Source: Candidatus Sericytochromatia bacterium (GTDB lineage Bacteria > Cyanobacteriota > Sericytochromatia > S15B-MN24 > VGJW01). Taken from it: a DNA stretch of 64,000 nt. Below are positions 38,374-49,814 of this stretch, piece by piece. Below the pieces are notes generated by a model, which saw nothing but the letters and a program-made list of their open reading frames with translations, searched no databases and was not told the DNA's origin. The stretch is from NCBI GenBank assembly GCA_035285865.1, contig JAYKHS010000003.1, positions 96,001 to 160,000 on the forward strand. Direction: 5' to 3'. The stretch's first letter is position 1. Every line of letters begins with the position of its first letter. The position numbers and the translations under genes were made by a program.

Positions 38374-40014
38374 CTATTGCTTGGCCAGCCAACGTCGCCG
38401 GTCCTCGGCTGTCCAGCCCAATGCCGCGGTGAACGCCGCCGCCATCAGGTCAACCACCCGCGCGTGCGCCCCGGCACCACCGTCCGGATCCAGCATCCCC
38501 AGCCTGAGGCGGCGCTCCAGGACATCCTCGGGCCTCGTGGCACCCTCGACCAGAACGGCCCAGACCACCTCGGCCTCGAGGGGCGGATCGGGCATGTCCA
38601 CGCCGGCAAGCACATCCCGGGCACCGTGGGCCTCTCCACACGCCAGTACCCGATTGGCCTCGGCACCGAAGCGCCTGAGCAGGCGGTCCGGCATTCCCGG
38701 AGGTGAGCTGGCATGGCGAAGGCCCTCCGGCCAGACCGGACCGGGCAGAACGGTCCTGGGCACCCGCCCCCTGCGCGCAAGCTCGAGCACGGCAGCATCG
38801 ACGAGTTGCCGGGCCATGATCCTGTACGTGGTCAGCTTTCCCCCAGCGATGCAGAGCACGCCAGCGGGCGTTAGGAAGACCTCATGCTCCCGGGAGACAT
38901 CCGAGGCATGCCGCTGCTCGGGCGGAGCCAACAGGGGACGCCAGCCGGCAAAGCTGCCGACGACGTCCCGGGCATCTAGCGCGACCCCCGGACAGGCCGC
39001 ATTGACCGAGTCGAGGAGGTAGGCCACCTCCTCGGGAGTGGCCTGCTGATCTTCGTCCAGATAGGCGTGTCCGGCCGATGCTGGGGGCGGATCGGTGTCG
39101 GTCGTGCCCACGAGTGAACGACCCTGGAACGGGATGACGAACATCCAGCGCCGCTTGCCTGTGGCATCGGGGACAGACTTGATCGTCAGGGCCCGACCGC
39201 CTGTGAAGTCCTGCACGAGGACGTGGGTCCCCTTGGTCGGGCGCAGGCGACGCAGGGCCCCTGCTTCCAGTTCGTTCACGGCATCGACCCACGGCCCTGC
39301 TGCGTTGACCACCAGTCCTGCCCGCACCTCGTGCATCGTTCCGGACGCGCGATCCTCGAAGCGAACACCCGAGACCCGACCCGAAGCATCCTTCAGAAGT
39401 CCGCGGACCTCGGCACGAGCAAGGACCCTCGCGCCGCGGGCCACTGCGGCACGCAAGACGGACAGGCACAAGCGCGCATCGTCCGTGATGACGTCGCCGT
39501 ACTGAATCAGCACCTCGAGCGGCCAGTCCCCGAGCGCCGGAACCTCCCGACGCGCTGCGGCCGGGGCCAGCACACGATGATGATGCTGCCAGGGCATGCC
39601 CTGCACCAAGGCCATGGCGTCGTACAAGGCAATACCGGCCCGGGTCCGCACGGCATCGAAGACGGCGCCCCTGGGCACCGGGTAATGAAAGGGCACCATC
39701 GTGGCCAGACCGTCCGGCAGGCGTGCATGCAGGCGACCGCGCTCGCCGAGCGCCTGGGCCACCATGCCGAATTGATACTGCTCGAGGTACCTGAGGCCAC
39801 CGTGCAGCAACTTCGACGACCGTGAGCTGGCACCGCTCGCGAAGTCTCCCCGCTCGAGCAGGAGCACCGAGAGCCCCCGGGCCGCGGCCTCCGCGGCGAT
39901 CCCTGCCCCGGTGATTCCCCCGCCCACCACGAGCACGTCCGGAGTCGAGGAAGCGGGTCGCCCTCTCAAGACCTCACGCGCGACGGGGTCGAGCGCCCCC
40001 CTCAGCCCACGCAT
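38374..40014 (-). CDS. glpD: FAD-dependent glycerol-3-phosphate dehydrogenase
   Basis: GGGITG, SSRSSKLLHGGLRYLE, DDARL, GTTD, SREH and GGKLTTYR. Confidence 0.9.
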   Translation of the reverse strand: MRGLRGALDPVAREVLRGRPASSTPDVLVVGGGITGAGIAAEAAARGLSVLLLERGDFASGASSRSSKLLHGGLRYLEQYQFGMVAQALGERGRLHARLPDGLATMVPFHYPVPRGAVFDAVRTRAGIALYDAMALVQGMPWQHHHRVLAPAAARREVPALGDWPLEVLIQYGDVITDDARLCLSVLRAAVARGARVLARAEVRGLLKDASGRVSGVRFEDRASGTMHEVRAGLVVNAAGPWVDAVNELEAGALRRLRPTKGTHVLVQDFTGGRALTIKSVPDATGKRRWMFVIPFQGRSLVGTTDTDPPPASAGHAYLDEDQQATPEEVAYLLDSVNAACPGVALDARDVVGSFAGWRPLLAPPEQRHASDVSREHEVFLTPAGVLCIAGGKLTTYRIMARQLVDAAVLELARRGRVPRTVLPGPVWPEGLRHASSPPGMPDRLLRRFGAEANRVLACGEAHGARDVLAGVDMPDPPLEAEVVWAVLVEGATRPEDVLERRLRLGMLDPDGGAGAHARVVDLMAAAFTAALGWTAEDRRRWLAKQ

Positions 40015-40661
40015 GTGTCCTCCCCTGCCGGGACGACGATTTCATACCCCCGGACGGCCGCGAATGCTGCAACGAGGGCATCGGCAACCTCGGCCATGCC
40101 CGGGGCCCGGCCCGACTCCTCCTCCATCGACGTCATGACCACGCCGTCGAGGCCACAAGGCACGATGGTCCGGAATCGCGGCTCCGCAAGGACATTCAGG
40201 GAGAGGCCGTGATAGGTCACCCAGCGCCGCACGGCGATGCCCACCGAGGCAATCTTGCGCGCGCCGACCCAGACACCCGTCCGGCCCTCGTCGCGTCGCC
40301 CGGAGACCCCCCAACCGACCAAAGCCCGGATGCAAGCTTCCTCCAGATCACGCATGAATCGGTGCAGATCCCGGTCAGCCCCCTCGAGCGCCACGATGGG
40401 GTACAGCACGATCTGCCCCTCGCCGTGGAAGGTGACGTCCCCCCCGCGCGGCACCGGGACGACCGGCAAACCCTCGGCATCCCGGACGTGGAGCTCCGAG
40501 CCGCGCTTGCGACCTACCGTGATGACGGGCGGATGACGCACCACCAGCACGGTATCCGCACCACCCGCGAGTCGCGCCTCCACGGCCCCATCCATGAGCG
40601 CCAGGGCCTCGTCGTAGGGACAAAGGCCCAGCGAGCGGCGATGCAGGGTGCGTCGCGACAT
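40002..40661 (-). CDS. lipB: octanoyltransferase LipB
   Basis: HPPVITVG, RGGDVTFHGEGQ, KIASVG, HGLSLN and IVPCG. Confidence 0.95.
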   Translation of the reverse strand: MSRRTLHRRSLGLCPYDEALALMDGAVEARLAGGADTVLVVRHPPVITVGRKRGSELHVRDAEGLPVVPVPRGGDVTFHGEGQIVLYPIVALEGADRDLHRFMRDLEEACIRALVGWGVSGRRDEGRTGVWVGARKIASVGIAVRRWVTYHGLSLNVLAEPRFRTIVPCGLDGVVMTSMEEESGRAPGMAEVADALVAAFAAVRGYEIVVPAGEDTCVG

Positions 40662-40685
40662 CACCCGCCATGATGGCAGGTCTGT

Positions 40686-41228
40686 CTAGCGATCCAGCAA
40701 CTTGCGCAGATTGGGCCACTGGTCGGCAACGATGGATCCCACGCCCGAGGCTACCGAGGTCACGACAAGCGGCAGGGCCGCCGGCGGAAACAGGACGGCC
40801 GCCAAGCCCGTCACCGCCGCCGTGACGCTCAAACCGGCCATGATCACCTGACTCTTGCGAACCTCCGGAGTGCTGCGGGGATCGGCGTTGGCCACCATGG
40901 CCTTGTGGATGTCATACGCCGCGACGGGCAGGTTGAGGACCGGAGCGGCCTTGGCCGTCACGCGTGCCACACTTGCGGTCCTTGCCGCCAGAGAACCGGC
41001 CTTGGGGGAGAAACGGGCAAAGAAGCCGAGCCCCGAGAGCGTGCCGTCTGCGGCCCCCATGGCCATGGCACCGTTTCGGACCGAACTCTCCACCACATCG
41101 GGGCGCGCCGGAACATAAGCATCGCGCGCAGGCTGCGCCTCACGCGGCTCGGAAGCGGCTTGCACACTCCGGGAACCGGCCTGCACGGCAGGAGTTGACG
41201 CCGCCTGGCGTTGCCGGACCTCGCGCAT
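40686..41228 (-). CDS. hypothetical protein with C-terminal hydrophobic hairpin
   Basis: AAGGGG RBS; disordered N-terminus and two C-terminal hydrophobic segments. Confidence 0.65.
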   Translation of the reverse strand: MREVRQRQAASTPAVQAGSRSVQAASEPREAQPARDAYVPARPDVVESSVRNGAMAMGAADGTLSGLGFFARFSPKAGSLAARTASVARVTAKAAPVLNLPVAAYDIHKAMVANADPRSTPEVRKSQVIMAGLSVTAAVTGLAAVLFPPAALPLVVTSVASGVGSIVADQWPNLRKLLDR

Positions 41229-41303
41229 GGTAGCCCCCTTCGTATACCTGACTATCGAGTCCTCCGGCCACGCACTTGCCTGCGCGGGAGAGCGGGCGCG
41301 GTG

Positions 41304-41933
41304 CTATCGCCCCATGTTCATCTCGGCCGCGAGAATGATGGCCTCGGCGATTTCCTTGAGGGACTTGCGCTTGTCCATGGACAGCTTCTGGATGCGTCTG
41401 AAGGCTGCAGCCTCGCCGAGTCCGGCCTGCTCCATCAGGATGCCCTTGGCCTTCTCAACCAACTTGCGGGTTTCGAGCGTCTCCTTGAGGGAACGCACCT
41501 CTCCCTCGAGCGTCCCGACTTCCTCTTCGAGCGCCTTCAGCTCGTCGGCCCGCGCAAGGGCGACCTCGATGGCCGGCAACAACTCCGCTTCTTTCACTGG
41601 CTTGACGAGGTACCCGAAGACACCGAGATCCACGGCCTGTTCGACCAGATCGGCCTGAGCCCAGGCCGTCAGCATGATGGCCGGAATTCGGCAGGTCTGA
41701 TGGATGCGCTCGAGTGCCGCCAAGCCGTCGAGCCGGGGCATCTTGATGTCCATGAACAGCAAGTCCGGGCGCTCGGCGAGCGCCACCTCGATCGCGGCCT
41801 CACCGTCCGAGGCCTCGGCCACGACGGTATAGCCGCGCTCCTCCAGCATCTCGCGCAAATCCAGCCGGATCAGCGGTTCGTCATCGACGATCATCACCCG
41901 GATCGGCGGATCGTCGGTTCCGTCAGGCGTCAC
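41304..41933 (-). CDS. REC-ANTAR response regulator (PdtaR/EutV-like)
   Basis: IVDDEPLIRLDL, MDIKMP, YLVKP and LETRKLVEKAKGILM...AFRRIQKLSMDKR. Confidence 0.93.
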   Translation of the reverse strand: MTPDGTDDPPIRVMIVDDEPLIRLDLREMLEERGYTVVAEASDGEAAIEVALAERPDLLFMDIKMPRLDGLAALERIHQTCRIPAIMLTAWAQADLVEQAVDLGVFGYLVKPVKEAELLPAIEVALARADELKALEEEVGTLEGEVRSLKETLETRKLVEKAKGILMEQAGLGEAAAFRRIQKLSMDKRKSLKEIAEAIILAAEMNMGR

Positions 41934-43365
41934 GCTCACCCTCCCCCGCACGGTCCTGCATCGGCAACCGCACAAGCACCCGTGTACCCGAACCGTCGCT
42001 GGAAATCGACAAGGTCCCCCGCAGGTCCTGCGTCACGAGGGTCCGGATGATCTGCCAACCCAGCTGCTGGCTCTCGCGCGGGTCGAAACCGGGCGGAAGC
42101 CCGATACCGTCATCCTCGACCTTGACGACCATGTCGCCATCTTCCACCGACAGCACGAGATCCACCCTGCCGCGCCGCCTGCCCTTGAAAGCGTGCTTGA
42201 GGGTATTCTGGACCAGTTCATTCATGACCAACGCCGCCGATGTCGCCGGGGCCGAGGGCAAGGTCAATCGCCCCTTGGGCAGGATGACGCGGGCCGCGAT
42301 GGCCGTCAGCGGGGACGAGACCCCCTGCACGAGCGCCGAGAGCAGGTTGTAGGCCAGATCCTTCATGTCGACGGCCTCAACCTCTTCGTGGGAGAGATAT
42401 TCGTGCACCAGCGCGATGCTGTTGATGCGATCGATGCAGTCGGTGATGACGAGGCGCGCCTCTGCGGAGCTTGTCCGCCGAGCCTGCATGCGCAGCAGCG
42501 CGGCGATGGTCTGGAGGTTGTTCTTCACGCGATGATGGACCTCACGGATGATCGTGTCCTTGACCATCAGCTCGCGTTCCCGATCGCGAACGACCGTGAC
42601 ATCCCGCAGGAGCAGGATCGCACCGACATCGTCATCGGCGGGTTCGAGGGGGACGATGCGCACGCTGAGCACCGCCTGCCGGGCCGTGACCTCCAGATCC
42701 TCCCAAAGCCCGTTCGCTGCAACCGTGCGCAACTCGCCGCGTGCCGGCAGGGTCACCTGCCATGGCTCGCCGTCCTCTGCTGCATTGAAGCCGAACCGCC
42801 TGGCCAGCGGCAGCACCTCGGGCGCCGCATGGCGAATGACTCCGGCCTGGCTCACGATCAGGACGGCATCGCCCGGAGCCGGCGGCTCGAGCACCTCGTC
42901 AAGCAAGCGTGCGCGAGCGACCAGGGTGGCCACCAGACGACGGATGGCCAAGCGGGATCGCGCGACACGTTCCGGCGCATGGCCCAGTTCGTCGAGCAGC
43001 GAGCGTTCCAGAACGCAGACGCCAGCCATGCGGGGGCCGATCCGAATCGGGAAGGAGAGCTGGTGACGGGGGCGGCCTGCCACGACCCGGCCCTGGTCCC
43101 CCTCGGTCACGGAGCCGCTGCGAATCGCGTCCCAGACACCCCGTTCGACGGCCTCGACCCGCTCGCCCGCCCGGGGCTCGGGCCGGAAGCTGGGCGCCCG
43201 GACCGGACGGGCTTCAGCCAGCACGCCCCAGTCGCCATCGTGCAGCGGCACGCCCAGCCAAGCATCCGCAGCCAACACGTCAGCCAGGAAGGGCAACTGT
43301 CGCGCGAGGCGCTCGAGCCACAGCCGCTCCGATTCGGTCGGCTGCCAGCCCTGAAGCACCTCCAT
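41923..43365 (-). CDS. HisKA_2 sensor histidine kinase (PdtaS/EutW-like)
   Basis: N-terminal LPFLADVLAAD, REVHHRVKNNLQ, NELVQNTLKHAF, DDGIGLP and LGWQII. Confidence 0.92.
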   Translation of the reverse strand: MEVLQGWQPTESERLWLERLARQLPFLADVLAADAWLGVPLHDGDWGVLAEARPVRAPSFRPEPRAGERVEAVERGVWDAIRSGSVTEGDQGRVVAGRPRHQLSFPIRIGPRMAGVCVLERSLLDELGHAPERVARSRLAIRRLVATLVARARLLDEVLEPPAPGDAVLIVSQAGVIRHAAPEVLPLARRFGFNAAEDGEPWQVTLPARGELRTVAANGLWEDLEVTARQAVLSVRIVPLEPADDDVGAILLLRDVTVVRDRERELMVKDTIIREVHHRVKNNLQTIAALLRMQARRTSSAEARLVITDCIDRINSIALVHEYLSHEEVEAVDMKDLAYNLLSALVQGVSSPLTAIAARVILPKGRLTLPSAPATSAALVMNELVQNTLKHAFKGRRRGRVDLVLSVEDGDMVVKVEDDGIGLPPGFDPRESQQLGWQIIRTLVTQDLRGTLSISSDGSGTRVLVRLPMQDRAGEGERDA

Positions 43366-44576
43366 CAGGCCGTGCCCGGCGTTCCGAGCCTGACGAAGCG
43401 ACGCTTGCCGGCCTGCAGGACCATGCCCGTAAATTCCGGGCCGACGATCTGCAGCGGGTCGGAAAGGACTTCGGCAGAACCTTCGTCGCGATGACGCCGG
43501 ACGCCGCCCTGGGTCACGAGGCGCCGAGCATCACTCGTGGTCGTCGCCAGACCAAGCCTGACCAGCAGCGGAGCCAGCTGCGCGCCCGCCGACCACCCGT
43601 TCGCCACGGGTATGTCCACCGGCAGGGCCCGCTCCTGGAAGCGCCGGACGAATGCGGCCTCGGCAGCCTCGGCAGCCTCGGCCCCATGAAAGCGAGCGAC
43701 GACGGCACGACCGAGCCGCATCTTGGCATCTCGCGGATGCAACGAACCGACCTCCAGCGCGGCACAGACCTCACGCACCTCGGTGGCGGTCCGAGCGGAG
43801 GCGAGCCTCCACCAGTCGGGCAGTGCCGTATCCGGCACGGACATCACGCGCCCGTACATGTCCTCGGCCGGGCAGGTCAGCGGAATGTCGTTGCCCAAGG
43901 ACTTGGACATTTTCTCGTGTCCGTCGGTCCCGACCAGCAGACCGTAGGTCACGCACGCCTGCTGCTGCTGGCCCGCCGCAGCCTGCAGGTCTCGGCCGAC
44001 CAGCAGGTTGAAGCGCTGGTCATCCCCGCCGAGCTCCACGTCAGCACGGATCTCGACCGAGTCCTGGCCCTGCAGCAGCGGATAGAGCAACTCGTGCAGA
44101 CCGATGGCATCCCCGCGGGCGTGGCGCCTCGCGAAGTTGTCTCGGGCCAGCATCTGGGCGACGGTTGCCTGGCCGAGCAGGCGCAGTACGGCCGCCAGAT
44201 CCATCTTCTCGAGCCAAGAAGCATTGTGATGAATCTCGGCCTTGTCGAGATCGATCATCAGACCCAGCTGTTCCAGATAGGTCCGGGCGTTGCCGGCCAC
44301 CTCACCAGCCGTCAGGGGTGGGCGGGCCGCCTCCTTGCCCGTCGGATCGCCGATGCGGGCCGTGAAGTCGCCGATGATCAGGACAACCTGATGCCCCGCC
44401 TCCTGGAAGCGCCGAAGGCCTTCGAGGACAACGGCGTGACCGAGATGCAGGTCCGGTCGCGTGGGGTCGAAACCGAGCTTGACACGCAACGGCTTTCCGG
44501 TGGCAAGCAAGGCCTCCAGCCTTCCGTGGGGGAAGGCCTCGACCGCACCCACCAGCAAATCGTCCAGAGCGCCCAC
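43365..44576 (-). CDS. tyrS: tyrosine--tRNA ligase
   Basis: KLGFDPT, LHLGH, IGDFTA, YPLLQGQD, KMSKSLGN and a C-terminal S4 domain; GGAGG RBS before GTG. Confidence 0.96.
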   Translation of the reverse strand: MGALDDLLVGAVEAFPHGRLEALLATGKPLRVKLGFDPTRPDLHLGHAVVLEGLRRFQEAGHQVVLIIGDFTARIGDPTGKEAARPPLTAGEVAGNARTYLEQLGLMIDLDKAEIHHNASWLEKMDLAAVLRLLGQATVAQMLARDNFARRHARGDAIGLHELLYPLLQGQDSVEIRADVELGGDDQRFNLLVGRDLQAAAGQQQQACVTYGLLVGTDGHEKMSKSLGNDIPLTCPAEDMYGRVMSVPDTALPDWWRLASARTATEVREVCAALEVGSLHPRDAKMRLGRAVVARFHGAEAAEAAEAAFVRRFQERALPVDIPVANGWSAGAQLAPLLVRLGLATTTSDARRLVTQGGVRRHRDEGSAEVLSDPLQIVGPEFTGMVLQAGKRRFVRLGTPGTA

Positions 44577-44743
44577 TGCCCCTCCCGCCGGACCATGCCG
44601 CCGCGTCATCATATAGGAAGCACGCCCGCCGGCGGCAGGGCGACCGAGCGCGTGTCCCGCCATGGTATAAGAGGAACGGCGCGGCCCTCCCCGGACGGGC
44701 CAGCATCCCTACACCCGCAGGCTTCCGACGAGGGCATCCACCA

Positions 44744-45877
44744 ATGGTGATGGAGAAGGTGATCAACAAGGGACTCGAAGGGGTCGTGATCACGGCCAGT
44801 TCACTCACGAGCATCGATGGCCAAGTCGGCAAGCTGATGTATCGCGGCTACCTGATTGGTGAGCTGGCCGAGCACGGCACCTACGAAGAAGTCGTGTGGC
44901 TGCTGCTCAACGGCGAGTTGCCGACAGCAGCCCAGCTCGAAGCGTTCCGTAACGAACTCGCCGACCAGCGCACCGTGCCTGACGGCATCGTGCAGATGCT
45001 GCGCATGCTGCCCAAGGGCGCCGATTCGATGGCCGCCCTGCGGACCGCCGTGTCGATGCTGGCCTTCTATGATGGCGAGGCTGAAGACCTGTCCGCTGAA
45101 GCCAATCGCCGCAAGGCCATCGCCCTGACGGCCAAGATGGCCACCATCGTCGCGGCCTTCGAGCGGGTCCGCACCGGCCACGAGCCCGTCGCCCCCCGCA
45201 AGGACCTTTCACACGCCGCGAACTTCCTCTACATGCTGACAGGCCAGGAGCCTGACGAGACCAGCGCGCGAATTTTCGACATCTGCCTCATCCTGCACGC
45301 CGACCACGAGATGAACGCCTCGACCTTCTCGGCTCGCACCACGGCGTCGACGCTGTCGGACGTCTACTCGGCCATCACCTCGGCCGTCGGCACCCTCAAG
45401 GGTTCCCTGCACGGCGGCGCCAACGCCCGCGTCATGGAGATGCTGCAGCAGGTGGGCGGCCCGGAGAACGCCGAGACCTGGATCAAGGATGCCTTGGCCA
45501 ACAAGAAGCGCGTGATGGGCTTCGGTCATCGTGTCTACAAGACCGAAGATCCTCGCGCCACCGTCCTGCGGAAGCTGTCCAAGGAACTCGGCGAGCGCCT
45601 CGGGACCCCGCAGTGGTACCAGATCAGCCGGACCGTCGAGCAGGAGGTCCTGGCCCAGAAGAACCTCTATCCCAACGTCGACTTCTATTCGGCCTCGACC
45701 TACTTCATGATGGGCATCAAGACCGACCTCTACACCCCCATCTTCGCCTTGTCCCGGATCGCGGGCTGGACAGCCAACCTGCTCGAACAGTACGCCGACA
45801 ACCGTCTGATCCGTCCTGACTCGGACTACGTCGGCCCTCGCGAGCGGTCATACGTGCCGATGGGGCAACGGGGCTAG
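44744..45877 (+). CDS. gltA: citrate synthase
   Basis: GLEGV, HADHEMNAST, LHGGAN, GFGHRVYK and PNVDF. Confidence 0.95.
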   Translation: MVMEKVINKGLEGVVITASSLTSIDGQVGKLMYRGYLIGELAEHGTYEEVVWLLLNGELPTAAQLEAFRNELADQRTVPDGIVQMLRMLPKGADSMAALRTAVSMLAFYDGEAEDLSAEANRRKAIALTAKMATIVAAFERVRTGHEPVAPRKDLSHAANFLYMLTGQEPDETSARIFDICLILHADHEMNASTFSARTTASTLSDVYSAITSAVGTLKGSLHGGANARVMEMLQQVGGPENAETWIKDALANKKRVMGFGHRVYKTEDPRATVLRKLSKELGERLGTPQWYQISRTVEQEVLAQKNLYPNVDFYSASTYFMMGIKTDLYTPIFALSRIAGWTANLLEQYADNRLIRPDSDYVGPRERSYVPMGQRG

Positions 45878-45898
45878 GACGCGGAGACCGGACCGACG

Positions 45899-46378
45899 AT
45901 GGACGACATCATCAGCCGTGGCGTGCAATGCGCCGTGGACCTGCTGCCGCGTGCACCATGGCCGGCCCCGCAACTGGCCGAGGACGAACTGCCCCGCCCC
46001 AAGAAGGCCCGTACGGGTCCGCTCGGAAAGGCCGAGGCGGCCCTCGTCGAGGCCCCCGCGTGGCTCCGCGCCTATGAGCGTGCCCCTTGGGCCGAGACGC
46101 CCGAGTACCGTGAGCGCATCGAGCGCGAGACCATATGGCCACTCTATGACCTGATCATCATCACGCCTTCGATGGACAAAGTTGCTGCCCTTGCGGAGGC
46201 ACTTTCGGACGCACTTGGCATGGACGGCAAAATTGCCGAACGCATGGCGGTCGCGGCCGTCATGAACCCTGTCCCGGCAATGATTGCCGTCCCGAAGGAG
46301 GCGACGGACATCGTCCGCAAGCGGCTTGCCGGCCTCGTGCGCACAGAAGTCCCCAGAAGCGTCTGGGACAAGCTGTAG
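45899..46378 (+). CDS. hypothetical protein
   Basis: GGAG RBS; in line with gltA; coding-like composition. Confidence 0.65.
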   Translation: MDDIISRGVQCAVDLLPRAPWPAPQLAEDELPRPKKARTGPLGKAEAALVEAPAWLRAYERAPWAETPEYRERIERETIWPLYDLIIITPSMDKVAALAEALSDALGMDGKIAERMAVAAVMNPVPAMIAVPKEATDIVRKRLAGLVRTEVPRSVWDKL

Positions 46379-46398
46379 GCTAACCCTGACGCCGGATC

Positions 46399-47526
46399 TC
46401 AATCGAGGTCCGGCGTCACCTCATGCAACAACTGCATGCCGTAGTCAGGGATGAAGTAACGCAAGCGGACATTCGCGGAAGCCAATGCGGGATGGTCGCT
46501 CGGTTCTCGGCTGCCAAACTCGCGATGTACGGCGGCGAAGGCCTCCGGGAAGAATGCCACGAGCTGCGGCGGCAAGACCAGCCAGAGCTCTTCGAAACCG
46601 GACCAGAAGGCGGACTTGGCCTGAAGCTTGCGCCTGAAGGCTGCGAAGGGGTCCTGGTCACCTGCGGCTGCCCCCACCAAGGTCTCGATCTCGACCCAGA
46701 CCCTGTCAGCCACCCACAGGTCGGGATATCGGAATTCCTGGAAAGCCATCAACCGCTCGGGATCCTGGTCCACCCCGGACTCGAGCGCCGCATCGAGCGC
46801 GAGATTGTCCCTGGCGGTCTGGCCGATGAAGTCGGCCTGCGGGGGCATCAGCTTGCGGAAGCACGTGATGGCCTCCTGCGGAAAACGTGCCTGCAAGGTC
46901 CTGTAGGCGATGAGCCTTGCCGTCAGGATGGATTGCGGTTCGAGGCCGGCACGCCAATGCGTCGGAGGCCATACTCTGGCCGCGGCGATCTGGGCGAGTG
47001 TCGCCTGCCGTTCGAGCTCCTTGAATGCGTAGCGCAGCGTATCGAGGGCAAAGCCATCGAGGCGAGCCGAAGGCATGCCCAGCGAGAGCTTGAGCAAATC
47101 GACACAGGCTTCGACCTCTTCGGTCGGCATCTTGACGGTACTGGCATAGCGCGGACGGCAGCGAAAAACGTACGGATAAAGGTTCTGGAACTTCTCGTAT
47201 TGCCGCATGAACGGCTCGAAGTCGCGCGAGTCCGGAACCATCGGAAAGACGTTCAGCAAAGCGACCTCGGGCAACTTCCCGGAGGACTCGCGTTCGACCA
47301 TGATGGACTGTTCCCCGTGAATCTCGAAGGCCGGGGTCGGGTCCTCAGGGAACAGCGAGAGACGCCATTCCATGATGGGCAGCAGATACTTGACCAGCAG
47401 CAGGTGCCACGACTCGGCCTCCTCCACGAACAGATAGAGGATGGGATCGCGCTGCGAACAGGCGGCCTTGAAGAGTTCGACCTGACGGTCGCCGCCGAAG
47501 TCGAAAAGCCGGGTCAGCAAGTCCAT
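46399..47526 (-). CDS. hypothetical protein, possible C-terminal PD-(D/E)xK-like fold
   Basis: Start MDLLTRLF; globular composition; YPDLWV...VWVEIET motif near the C-terminus. Confidence 0.65.
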   Translation of the reverse strand: MDLLTRLFDFGGDRQVELFKAACSQRDPILYLFVEEAESWHLLLVKYLLPIMEWRLSLFPEDPTPAFEIHGEQSIMVERESSGKLPEVALLNVFPMVPDSRDFEPFMRQYEKFQNLYPYVFRCRPRYASTVKMPTEEVEACVDLLKLSLGMPSARLDGFALDTLRYAFKELERQATLAQIAAARVWPPTHWRAGLEPQSILTARLIAYRTLQARFPQEAITCFRKLMPPQADFIGQTARDNLALDAALESGVDQDPERLMAFQEFRYPDLWVADRVWVEIETLVGAAAGDQDPFAAFRRKLQAKSAFWSGFEELWLVLPPQLVAFFPEAFAAVHREFGSREPSDHPALASANVRLRYFIPDYGMQLLHEVTPDLD

Positions 47527-47550
47527 CGTGCTTAGGAGCGTAGCGCATGA

Positions 47551-48572
<1,022 letters not shown>

Positions 48573-48573
<1 letters not shown>

Positions 48574-49814
48574 TGGCGCCGAACGGAGCCGGGACAGCAG
48601 CAGAAACCGTCCCGGCCGCAGAGCGACTGCTGGTACTGGGGCTGTCCGCCCTCCAGTTCGTGCATGTCCTCGAGTTCATGATCGTGATGCCTCTGGGGCC
48701 CGACCTCGGTCGGGCCCTTGGCGTGCCTGCCGAGAAGCTCGGGGTTTTCGGCGGGGCCTACACGCTGGCCGCATTCATCGCCGGCCTTGCAGGCAGTCTG
48801 GTGCTCGACCGCTTCGCCAGGCGACAGGCCCTATTGTGGAGCGGCGTCGCCATGGTCGTGGCCACGGCACTGTGCGGCCTTGCGACGAATGCGGCATCCT
48901 TCCTCACCTTCCGCATTCTTGCCGGAATCGCCGGAGGCCCTGTCACGGCGCTTGCCGTGGCGCTCGTGACGGACGTGGTACCGCTGCAGCGGCGCGGCCG
49001 AGCCATGGGTACCTTGCTGGGTGCCTTCTCGGTCGCCTCGATCCTGGGAGTGCCGGCAGCCCTCGTGATTGCAAATGTCGCCGGTTGGCCAGCCCCGTTC
49101 TTCGCAACGGCCGCGCTCGGCGCCATCGTCCTGCCTCTGGCCATGCGCGGCATACCGGGCTCCGCCGCCCCTGCAGCCCGCTCTGCCGTGGCTGTTCTCG
49201 CCAGCTTTGCCGCTCTCGTCCGCAGGCCCGAGGCACTCGCGGGTCTCGCCATGACCTTGGCGGCATCGGCTGGCAGCTTCGCCCTGATTCCCAACCTGTC
49301 TGCCTACATGCAGCACAACCTCGGGTTGCCCCGCGCCGATCTTCCCGGTGTCTACCTGCTTGGCGGAATCCTGACCTTCGTCGGCATGCAGATCACGGGT
49401 CGCATCGTGGACCGCATCGGGGCCCCTGGCCCGGCGTGGGTCATCACCACGGCATTCGTCGGCCTGATGGCCGTGGCATTCCTGCGCGAGCCGACCGGCT
49501 GGCCGCCGGCGCTGGTGGGTGCCCTCTTCATGTTCTGCAACGGCACCCGCGTCGTGACCACGGGGACCGTGAGCACCCGGATTCCACGTCCGGAAGAACG
49601 GGCCGGATTCTCATCCCTCCAGTCTGCCGTCCAGAACCTTGGCTCGGCACTGGGCGCCGCCGTGGGTACCCTCTTCCTCGCCAGCAGGCCGGATGGCGGG
49701 CTCACGGGAATTCCGAGCCTGACACTGCTCACCATCGCCCTCGCCGTCGCGGTCCCTGCCCTCCTGACGTGGCTGGACCGCCGAGTGGGCAAGGAACTCG
49801 TCAGCCTTCCTTGA
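48573..49814 (+). CDS. MFS transporter
   Basis: FMIVMPLGP, LDRFARR and RRGRAMG; about 12 TM segments. Confidence 0.9.
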
